A stretch of DNA of 42,525 nucleotides from a virus. Taxonomy: Duplodnaviria; Caudoviricetes. The DNA lies in IMG/VR virus record IMGVR_UViG_3300038673_000449, positions 1-42,525 of that record; one strand, written 5' to 3'. A model generated the notes under the pieces. The model was not told the DNA's origin. It searched no databases and saw nothing but the letters and a program-made list of their open reading frames with translations. This document shows, one piece after another, positions 27,128-34,600 of the stretch; positions within the stretch are counted from its first letter, which is position 1, and the number at the start of each line of letters is the position of its first letter. A program made the translations under genes and the position numbers.

Positions 27128-27680
27128 AAAAATCCTCCTTCAATCTTTTTCTTAGTCTTTGCTTAAAAGTTGCCACAACCTGATTCACATATGGTTGTGA
27201 TACACCTGTCGCGTCGGCGATGGCCTTATTAGTTGCCTCAAACTCCGACTGTTCCCATTCGTCTATGATGGCTTTCTTTTTGCCATCTAATGTAGCAGCT
27301 ACTTCATGATACACCTCCATTACTTGTTGATGAAATATATCTTTCATAATTTGCTGTTCAACTGATTCATCAGCTGATAACAAATCAAGAAACTCATGGT
27401 CAGTTCCATCATCTGAATATGCGATATTGTTATAAGATATTGTTTCAATCTGTCGTTGCTTATTCAGTGTTCGTATGTAGCTTCCTAAGGCCCGCTTCAC
27501 GTATATAGTTATAAGTGTTGACCTCTTGTATCCAAGTGATTCATCATAGTCTTCGCATGCTCGCCACAGAGCTTCAAAAGCGATACTCTCGGCCTCAGGG
27601 TCACGAAAGAGATTATACTGCTTTAATATATTCACCATCAAGCCAATATTCTGTTTTATTAAGCAGTCAATCTCTTTCAT
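27120..27680 (-). CDS. Sigma-70-family-like factor
   Basis: Region-2-like ALWRACEDYD...STL; C-terminal HTH IADATGVSQPYV. Confidence 0.75.
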   Translation of the reverse strand: MKEIDCLIKQNIGLMVNILKQYNLFRDPEAESIAFEALWRACEDYDESLGYKRSTLITIYVKRALGSYIRTLNKQRQIETISYNNIAYSDDGTDHEFLDLLSADESVEQQIMKDIFHQQVMEVYHEVAATLDGKKKAIIDEWEQSEFEATNKAIADATGVSQPYVNQVVATFKQRLRKRLKEDFYD

Positions 27681-27684
27681 AACT

Positions 27685-28056
27685 TCACCTCCTGATTTCT
27701 TTGCCACATTCTGGGCAGTATGTTATCCATTCAAACTCTGCCTTGTAGTGTTCTCCACCACAAGTACAATAGAGTGCTTTATCAATCAAATATGAAACTT
27801 CTTTTACTGTTCTACAGACACCTCCTGTAGCTCCTGCCGCTTCCATCTCTTCTATGAACAATTCTTGGTGCGGCGTCGCGGTGCCAGTGTCATCCTTAAG
27901 TTCGGCAACTACAAACCTTCCTCTTGCACATATGAAAAGGTCTGAGTATCCCTTCGTGTATCTATCTACAATCCTAATGACTTTGATGCCGTCACGCTTC
28001 TGAGGCTCCAGCCATTCTATTACCTTCTTTAACAAAGAGGCTTCCTCTTTGTACAT
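27685..28056 (-). CDS. VRR-NUC-type nuclease with C-terminal zinc ribbon
   Basis: GYSDL.....G.FV..ELK...G..T..Q. Confidence 0.85.
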   Translation of the reverse strand: MYKEEASLLKKVIEWLEPQKRDGIKVIRIVDRYTKGYSDLFICARGRFVVAELKDDTGTATPHQELFIEEMEAAGATGGVCRTVKEVSYLIDKALYCTCGGEHYKAEFEWITYCPECGKEIRR

Positions 28057-28204
28057 TTGGTTTGATGGTAACGGTGTTGTCATCTTCATCATAATATACC
28101 TCCAGCTCTTCAGCATCTGACCAGGCGGCTATTACAAACCCAGGAATCTGCACCAGTACATTACGACGATTTGTAATTTTAACTGTCTTAGTCAACAGCT
28201 TCAT
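27992..28204 (-). CDS. AbrB/MazE-like small DNA-binding protein
   Basis: V.IP.......D.EELEV........VTIKP pattern. Confidence 0.5.
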   Translation of the reverse strand: MKLLTKTVKITNRRNVLVQIPGFVIAAWSDAEELEVYYDEDDNTVTIKPNVQRGSLFVKEGNRMAGASEA

Positions 28205-28661
28205 CTTCATACCTCCATTTATAACCAAGCCAAGTTTGTCGTTCTCCAATACAAACTTTTTGTAAGTTACCTGTTTGTTTTGGCTTATTCATGTATCTTG
28301 CTGCTTCAGATAAAGATACAAAAGTTTGTAATAAAATACCTTCTTTGTTTAGTTGTTGTACAGCTCGTGCTTTTGCATGCTCCATATTATACTGTCGTGT
28401 GCACCATTCTAAATTAAAACTAGCACAGTTCGATTTAATCTTATCTTTATGGTTTACCTCTGGTAAGTCCGTAGGATTAGGAATAAATAACAATGCTATC
28501 AATCTGTGCAAATAAAACATGTGTCTATTACACTTAGCATCATATAAATATATCTTAAGGTACCCTGTGGTAGGTTCTTCTGTAACCTTTAGCTCTTTAC
28601 CAAACTTATTGTATACTTTTCCAGAATCATGTACAGTATAAGACCAGAATTGCTTAATCAT
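28188..28661 (-). CDS. HNH homing endonuclease with NUMOD1-like C-terminus
   Basis: HRLIALLFIPNP, VNHKD..KSN...NLEWCT..YN, F.S.SEAAR...GYKW. Confidence 0.9.
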   Translation of the reverse strand: MIKQFWSYTVHDSGKVYNKFGKELKVTEEPTTGYLKIYLYDAKCNRHMFYLHRLIALLFIPNPTDLPEVNHKDKIKSNCASFNLEWCTRQYNMEHAKARAVQQLNKEGILLQTFVSLSEAARYMNKPKQTGNLQKVCIGERQTWLGYKWRYEDEAVD

Positions 28662-30366
28662 TATGCACACCCGGCTTCAAGTGATTTAGAACTGCATTAC
28701 TTGCATCGCCTTTACCCTGTAGTACTTCAGTATACAAGACATTATCAATCGTATGCTTTGCAATAAGAATGTAGTATTTACAGAAGTACGGTTGAATATC
28801 TTTCCCACCATATATTCTATCATATGATTGCTTGAATAATTCATAAGACCAATTCAAGCTGAAGTAAATCGCAATATGTGCATTAGTGAGTGTCAGGCCT
28901 TTGTCAGCTGATGCAGGGTTTGCAATGAGATACTGAACATCGCCCTTCTTAAATCTTCGAATTGCTTCGTTCTTTTCATCAAGATTAACACCTCCGTAAA
29001 CGCAAGCACACCGCTCTCCGAGAATACCTTGAATAAGTTCAAACTCTCTTCTGTAGTTAGCCCAGATAAGAACTTGTTCTCCTGCAATACCATCTTGATT
29101 AAGAAGGTCTTGTAGGACCTCAAACCTTGTATTATCCAGCAAGTACCATTCGGCCAAGTCAGTACCATAAAACTGATTCTCCTTTCTTGCCTGAGTATCC
29201 ATAATAAACCCAGATGAAACTTGATTCAGCTTATTAAGCTTAGCACCCGTATTTATTGCAGTTATTCGAATATTATCGCCAAGCTCCAAATATAGCTCAT
29301 TTTTAAGTTTTCTATAATGAGCCATTAAAGACTTTGGCATATCATACTCTACAGGTATGAACTCTCTGCCCGGTGTATCAAGTACATCTTCTTTATCAAT
29401 GAATATTGCTTTCCGTTTAACATTAGCAAGAAGTTCATCTTTTCTATCAGGTCTTATAGACAACTTCTCATACTGAGGATTGTAAGACATATTGACAAAG
29501 TAGTATTCTTTGAACTGTGAATAACTCGAATGCCAGCCAAAATAGTCTATAGCTCTCATTTGCATATAATATTCCCACTCTCCATTAGGAGCAGGAGTTC
29601 CAGCAAGAAGATAGAATCTTTTCATATACTGTGCAAAATCTACAAGCTCTTGACTGACTTTAGACCTCGGGCTTTTCATATCAGAAGATTCATCTACAAT
29701 ACATCCTGTGAAATCAAGTGGCTCCAGGGCGCTGCGATACTTCACAAAGGACTCTGTGTTAGTAAGATAGATGCTACCTGGTGTTTCAATAGCTTTCATT
29801 CTTTTCTGAGGAGTATCTGCATGACAATTAACTACAGCAATCTCCGGAAAGAACTTCGCAGCATCTTCTAACCAAGCATTGTAGATAAGAATCAAAGGAC
29901 AAACTACAAGCCACTTATGCTCAGGATATTTTTGCAAATCATCATATATGATTGTAAGTGACAAAGGTGTCTTGCCTGTTCTTGTATCATAAAAGAAAGC
30001 AAACCTATCATGGTACTGCGCAAGCTCACGTCCTAATTGCTGATGTGGCTTAAGTGTTAACTTATCTGATACAACGCATGAGCGCCTCGGCCCATTGGTT
30101 AATAAATCTTGTGTATTCTCGCGTATCAGCATCTCAGTATAAAAGTAGTCTTGAATCTTTTGAGGTGCTGTATGTATATTACTCGCATCTAAACCCCTAA
30201 AGGCTTTAAGCACTTCAGGAACTAAGTGAGGAGAAAGCTTAAAAGACGTCTTTATTCTGTTTGAAGTGACCGGATAAAAATCAGCCATAAGTAGCTGTGT
30301 AGCTGTATCATCGCGGTCACACTGCACTTCTATATAGTTTGTAGATATCAGTAATTTGTTTCCCAT
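28654..30366 (-). CDS. SNF2-family helicase/translocase
   Basis: PHQ, TGKT, VVCP, DESS, GTP, GLTL, QSYDRI. Confidence 0.9.
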   Translation of the reverse strand: MGNKLLISTNYIEVQCDRDDTATQLLMADFYPVTSNRIKTSFKLSPHLVPEVLKAFRGLDASNIHTAPQKIQDYFYTEMLIRENTQDLLTNGPRRSCVVSDKLTLKPHQQLGRELAQYHDRFAFFYDTRTGKTPLSLTIIYDDLQKYPEHKWLVVCPLILIYNAWLEDAAKFFPEIAVVNCHADTPQKRMKAIETPGSIYLTNTESFVKYRSALEPLDFTGCIVDESSDMKSPRSKVSQELVDFAQYMKRFYLLAGTPAPNGEWEYYMQMRAIDYFGWHSSYSQFKEYYFVNMSYNPQYEKLSIRPDRKDELLANVKRKAIFIDKEDVLDTPGREFIPVEYDMPKSLMAHYRKLKNELYLELGDNIRITAINTGAKLNKLNQVSSGFIMDTQARKENQFYGTDLAEWYLLDNTRFEVLQDLLNQDGIAGEQVLIWANYRREFELIQGILGERCACVYGGVNLDEKNEAIRRFKKGDVQYLIANPASADKGLTLTNAHIAIYFSLNWSYELFKQSYDRIYGGKDIQPYFCKYYILIAKHTIDNVLYTEVLQGKGDASNAVLNHLKPGVHND

Positions 30367-30405
30367 GCATACCTTACCCCCTTTTTAAGATTGTCAGAAT
30401 ATATT

Positions 30406-30469
30406 GGCCGCCGCAAGGCGAAAGTGAGATGACGAGTGACAAGTTCGCCAAAAGTGCCTTGCGGCGGCC
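30406..30469 (-). other. 14-bp GC stem with a 36-nt loop upstream of the SNF2 gene
   Basis: GGCCGCCGCAAGGC / GCCTTGCGGCGGCC perfect inverted repeat. Confidence 0.7.
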
Positions 30470-30475
30470 GTATCA

Positions 30476-30624
30476 AGCGGCTGGTAGTTTTATACGTATA
30501 AGTAAGCTACGCCATTTATCCAGAGCAGCCAATCTCTGGCACCACTGTTCTTATTTCAATAAGGGCGCCGTTTCTAAGTCACGGTAGTTTATAGGCAAAC
30601 CAAACGTTTAACGGGTGCCGCCCT
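30476..30624 (-). ncRNA. Two tandem candidate structured RNA elements
   Basis: Each can form a closing stem plus two inner hairpins; both carry TATAAA(A)CTACC, 100 nt apart. Confidence 0.4.
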
Positions 30625-30655
30625 AATTTTCTGGCGCGCAACGGTGTACATATAA

Positions 30656-30730
30656 TGGTTGCGGAGGCGGGACTCGAACCCGCGACCTCAAGGTTATGAA
30701 CCTTGCGAGCTACCACTGCTCTACTCCGCG
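30656..30730 (-). tRNA. tRNA-Met(CAT), initiator (fMet) type, CCA encoded
   Basis: 75-nt cloverleaf; C1-A72 mismatch, A11-U24 pair, anticodon loop TTCATAA, TTCGAGT T loop. Confidence 0.95.
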
Positions 30731-30753
30731 TTGTTTTGACATAAGTTAAGGAG

Positions 30754-30812
30754 ATTATACAGACGGCCTGTCTGATGCAAGCGGATGTGACTTACACGGC
30801 CGCCTGTATAAT
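30754..30812 (-). other. Long hairpin upstream of the tRNA
   Basis: ATTATACAG-ACGGCC-TGT / ACA-C-GGCCGC-CTGTATAAT; the mismatch becomes G-U on the minus strand. Confidence 0.65.
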
Positions 30813-30825
30813 TTACCACGCCTCA

Positions 30826-30955
30826 CCGGCTGGTAAAAGTCCTCAAAGCAGTACTTTAGGCAGCATCACGCTAGCGGCCTATCTCCTACAAGGTACCTTG
30901 TAGTTACGAGATATTTGTATTTCCTGTCGTTCCTCTGAGGACTTTTACCAGCCGG
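30826..30955 (-). ncRNA. Candidate ~130-nt structured RNA closed by a perfect 20-bp stem
   Basis: CCGGCTGGTAAAAGTCCTCA / TGAGGACTTTTACCAGCCGG; inner 18-bp palindrome; G-U extensions only on the minus strand. Confidence 0.6.
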
Positions 30956-30991
30956 CGACGGTACATATTACGCGTCGCCGGCCTGTGGGGT

Positions 30992-31357
30992 TTAGATTTC
31001 GGCCGAAGTGTCCGCATCCACAGGAGCGTCACCCAAAGCAGCTTCCAAATTTGGAGCGTTGGTTGTTTCCTTGGTGCCAGCTCTTTTTGCTTTTTCAGCA
31101 TTGGCCGCATCAACGCGTGCCTGATTTGCAGCGATGGTCTCTTCAGCAGCGCCGCGCTGTTTAGCTTTGTAAAGAACGCTGTTCGCATTGATGAGCTCTC
31201 TCTTCAACTGCTCGTCGGTCATGTCCACGAGAGCGATACCAGCCAGCTGGCCGCGGGGCTTCTTTACAGGAGCGGGCGCTTCGACTTCAATCGTAACGAT
31301 GTCGCCGGGCTTTGCTCCCTTCGGAATTTCATACTCGACTGTAAATGTTCTGCTCAT
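30992..31357 (-). CDS. Hypothetical Ala-rich protein (121 aa)
   Basis: Own promoter, SD AAAGGA. Confidence 0.8.
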   Translation of the reverse strand: MSRTFTVEYEIPKGAKPGDIVTIEVEAPAPVKKPRGQLAGIALVDMTDEQLKRELINANSVLYKAKQRGAAEETIAANQARVDAANAEKAKRAGTKETTNAPNLEAALGDAPVDADTSAEI

Positions 31358-31414
31358 AACAATCTTCCTTTCGACTTTTTATTTTAAGGCACGTTCTCTG
31401 TACCTTACATTTAT

Positions 31415-31443
31415 ATTATACCACCTTTTCTTTAAAAAGTAAA
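31415..31443 (-). promoter_or_regulatory. SigA-type promoter
   Basis: TTTACT-17-TATAAT with extended TG. Confidence 0.75.
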
Positions 31444-31517
31444 CCCCCTTTCTTTACGGATTTTTAACAGTAGTCTTTAGCAGGTTCACCGCGGCCCAGC
31501 GGTGTCGGGTTGGTTAG

Positions 31518-31698
31518 TATTATCTAAACATCTCAACCTTCTCAACCTTCTTAACTTATTGACGTTTTTCAAAAGTTTTTCAATTAAGAGGGCTTAAAAA
31601 TATTTTTTCAAAGCCTGAGAAAATTTTGAAAATTAAAAAAGCGTTAAGAATGTATAGAATGTTAAGATTGTTTAGATAATAATATTGTTTAGATAATA
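31518..31698. repeat. Large imperfect AT-rich palindrome with ~9-bp internal repeats
   Basis: Arms 31518-31555 and 31643-31681; centre AAAAATATTTTT at 31596-31607. Confidence 0.8.
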
Positions 31699-31704
31699 TA
31701 TGTA

Positions 31705-32349
31705 TTATTGTTTCTTTAATTCATTACATATTGTATTTTGCTTCGCCGCAACGGCCCTACTATAAGCGGATGTGTAGGTACCCTGTTTCCAGTGCCGCCG
31801 CGCTCCCGCTTCGCCAAAGTTATAAGCCATTAAAGCTTTGTGTGGGTCCTCATATTTTACTAATAATGATGCAATGATTTCAGTACCAGCGGTGATACTC
31901 TGATATGGGTCAAGGAAGTCCGTTATTCCAAGTTGTTCGCGCAATCTACTGTGATTGATTTTGTTGATTTGCATGAGTCCATAATCGTTTGTCTTACTAA
32001 TAAGAGTAGGGTTGTAGCTACTTTCTTGCCACATCATTGCAAGCACTAATTCGTAGTATTGTGGAATGCCCAAGTCTGCACACCTTGTAAATGTGTAGAG
32101 CTGCAGGTCCTCACTTAATGCAATTTCATAATACGGCACCTCCTCGGCTACCCATTCATAGGTATCATCAAATAGGATAGTCCTCGTTTTTACATACTCA
32201 ATTTGTCGCTGTAGCTTTTCTACTTCAACTTTTGAGTTGTGCCTCATTAAGAAGAGACCAGCTACAAGGCTAACTACAAGAAGTATGCAAAATACCTGTA
32301 GCCTCTTTCGTACAAGGGTTTTACGGCGAGCTTTTTCAAAATTGTTCAT
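31705..32349 (-). CDS. Membrane-anchored lytic transglycosylase (SLT family)
   Basis: N-terminal TM; QES, GLMQI, AYN.G. Confidence 0.9.
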   Translation of the reverse strand: MNNFEKARRKTLVRKRLQVFCILLVVSLVAGLFLMRHNSKVEVEKLQRQIEYVKTRTILFDDTYEWVAEEVPYYEIALSEDLQLYTFTRCADLGIPQYYELVLAMMWQESSYNPTLISKTNDYGLMQINKINHSRLREQLGITDFLDPYQSITAGTEIIASLLVKYEDPHKALMAYNFGEAGARRHWKQGTYTSAYSRAVAAKQNTICNELKKQ

Positions 32350-32370
32350 GGTAATTCCTCCTTTTACTAT

Positions 32371-32399
32371 ATTATATAAAATAGGAAAGCAGTTGTATA
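32371..32399 (-). promoter_or_regulatory. SigA-type promoter for the SLT gene
   Basis: TATACA-17-TATAAT. Confidence 0.65.
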
Positions 32400-32553
32400 C
32401 ATGTTCGTGAAAATCCGGGGGAGGCTACGCGTAATTATATTAAATAGACGTTTCTGTGAACTCGCTGCACGTTATATACAGGTTCGTATTTACTTTTTAA
32501 TATAAACCTAAGGGCCTTTATAACGGACGCGCAACGAGCCCCTTAGAATATAA

Positions 32554-32591
32554 TAGACTCCGCATCTCTCAGATGAGAGAATTGGAGTCTA
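32554..32591 (-). terminator. Probable terminator of the tail/lysis transcript
   Basis: TAGACTCC-GCA-TCTCTC / GAGAGA-ATT-GGAGTCTA hairpin just past the lysin stop. Confidence 0.6.
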
Positions 32592-32604
32592 AGATAGCTA
32601 CAAG

Positions 32605-33990
32605 CTATTTCCTAACAAGCGCCTCGGCGACCCAGCCATAGACTGTGGTAGAACTGTCTATCCTTATCACATGATACGGATACTTAGCGCCTTTCACAAT
32701 CTGAGTAACTCTGGCCTTACCGGCTTTACCTACATAGTTGCTCCCGCCACTGGCACTAACATAGTAGTTACCTCCTAGGAAGTTGACCACATCATTCAGT
32801 CCTATAGGGCTTGCAGCAACATCAGTGAAGTTAAGCGAAATCCAGCCCATTCCGCTTTTCAGCTTCCCCCAGCCGTTCTTCTCTTCAACGATCGTAAAGC
32901 TACCTACTCCTGTAGTACCTACGAGGGTGCTTGAGGTAGTAGCATCCTTTCGAACATTGACGTTATTGATTTTGATGATATAGGGGCTGAATGTAGGCGG
33001 TGTGGGTGTTGGAGTAGTTGCAGGTTTTGTATCGCCCCAGAATTTATGTCCGGCAATTTCGCCGAGATAAATATAAGTGGCGTTACGCTGGTCGAATGTT
33101 GCTTGGCTGGCACCTTTACTCAAGAAGTAGTATACAGGCTGATTGAATGCCCGTTTACCACCTTTGAATACGTCTTCAGTTGCTTGCAAGCATTTAACCG
33201 TTTTCAGATCACCTTGCCAGGGGCTTGCAAACTGTCCGGGGCGCAGTACATCTGTCAGGTTTTTGCCGAAGCGCTTCTTTGAATCGTTAAGACGATCCCA
33301 GATGCACTGTGCGACGGCAATTTGCCCTTCGTAAGGCTCGCCACGGGACTCAGCTGCAACTACACGTGCGATTTGTTCCATTTCAGCATCGATTGCGGGC
33401 TGTTGCGCTTTTGCAATCTCAGCGGCTACATCAGAGCGGAACATATCCATGTTTTTTCCGTGCTTAGGAAACCAGTGCATTACGTCGCCGTGGTTCGAAG
33501 CAATTCCGCGTTGATATCCCTCACTGTGACAAATGACTACTCCATCCGCAAGAGGATTAAGACTGAAGAGTGTACAAAGGTGTGCGACAAGTTCAACAGC
33601 CTCTTTATACACTGCATTGAAGTAGGTAGCACTGGAAAGATCGTCTTCACAGATTTCGAATCCGATATGCGTATTGTTTACGGAACCTTTAGCTCCGCTG
33701 GCACCATGCCATCCACGCATATCCCAGGGAAGCGTTTGATAGGTTGCAATTGTACCGTCATTGAGCTTGCCTATGAAGCCGTGAACACAGACCTGTCGTC
33801 CGCCAGGACGAAATTGATTCCAATGATTATTATATTGGTTCTGACCCAATAAACCATCATTGGGGCCGACATAACGCTTGAGGTTCGGATTATTAGCACC
33901 GGTACTGTGCACCATAACCCCTTGAACCTTAAGTGCCTTGCCAACAATGTAACATTCGTTCGCTGTTAGCAGTAGCTTTTTCAGATTCAT
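32605..33990 (-). CDS. Endolysin: Amidase_2, SleB/Hydrolase_2-like domain and SH3-like binding domain(s)
   Basis: VHST, WHG, IGFEICE, CH.E....IASNHGD; AESRGEPYEGQIAVA..GQF..IAGHKF; NVRK...GWGKLKSG.GWISL. Confidence 0.92.
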   Translation of the reverse strand: MNLKKLLLTANECYIVGKALKVQGVMVHSTGANNPNLKRYVGPNDGLLGQNQYNNHWNQFRPGGRQVCVHGFIGKLNDGTIATYQTLPWDMRGWHGASGAKGSVNNTHIGFEICEDDLSSATYFNAVYKEAVELVAHLCTLFSLNPLADGVVICHSEGYQRGIASNHGDVMHWFPKHGKNMDMFRSDVAAEIAKAQQPAIDAEMEQIARVVAAESRGEPYEGQIAVAQCIWDRLNDSKKRFGKNLTDVLRPGQFASPWQGDLKTVKCLQATEDVFKGGKRAFNQPVYYFLSKGASQATFDQRNATYIYLGEIAGHKFWGDTKPATTPTPTPPTFSPYIIKINNVNVRKDATTSSTLVGTTGVGSFTIVEEKNGWGKLKSGMGWISLNFTDVAASPIGLNDVVNFLGGNYYVSASGGSNYVGKAGKARVTQIVKGAKYPYHVIRIDSSTTVYGWVAEALVRK

Positions 33991-34541
33991 CGTTTGTCCT
34001 CCTTACTTTCTTGGTTGTTTGCCTTACTTTCTTGACTTTCGTCGGGCTTTTCCTCACCCACCTTTTTATGTTCTTCTTCGCAATACTCGTCCAACTTTCG
34101 TTTTACAAGATTCTTAAATAACCTGAGACCTTGAATGCCAGAATCATGTAGGTTTTCTAAGATGGATAAGACATCACGTAAAAACATCACTGTGAATACA
34201 GTCTGTGTAAACCAAATTGCAATAGTCTCAATAATCATGAGCTTATAAGCACAGCCGCTAATAATTAACATTACGCCGAATATGATTAACTTGTCCAATG
34301 TACCTTTTACAAATTCGGCACTATTTATCTTTCGTGTCTTAAAAGCTTTTCGTAAGCCGCCAGCTTGTTTTGCTATAGCAAAAAGTTTTGTGATTAGGTC
34401 TAAACCCATTATAATTAGAACAGCTACAGCGGCAGTTGCAATTGTTGCAGTGGGAAACAAAAATGTATATATTGCTGCCCAAAGCGTGCCAAGAACCACC
34501 AAAATTTCATTTTCAAATAGTCGTTTTATCGTTTCCCACAC
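33987..34541 (-). CDS. Holin
   Basis: Several TM segments, D.IT, SILENL...G, charged tail; overlaps the lysin start. Confidence 0.85.
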   Translation of the reverse strand: MWETIKRLFENEILVVLGTLWAAIYTFLFPTATIATAAVAVLIIMGLDLITKLFAIAKQAGGLRKAFKTRKINSAEFVKGTLDKLIIFGVMLIISGCAYKLMIIETIAIWFTQTVFTVMFLRDVLSILENLHDSGIQGLRLFKNLVKRKLDEYCEEEHKKVGEEKPDESQESKANNQESKEDKR

Positions 34542-34600
34542 GTGTTATACCCTCCTGCAAAATATTTAGAATTAAACTGCAAACATTTGGTACTCCTTTC

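Noticed and set aside
30770-30795. Hammerhead ribozyme (CTGATG)
   Set aside because: Reads CTGATGC rather than CTGATGA, and no GAAA core is positioned correctly
30826-30955. Retron msr-msd
   Set aside because: The inverted-repeat layout is suggestive, but no reverse transcriptase is encoded in the window
31518-31681. Protelomerase (telRL) site
   Set aside because: The palindrome is imperfect beyond its 12-bp centre, and no protelomerase gene is visible in the window
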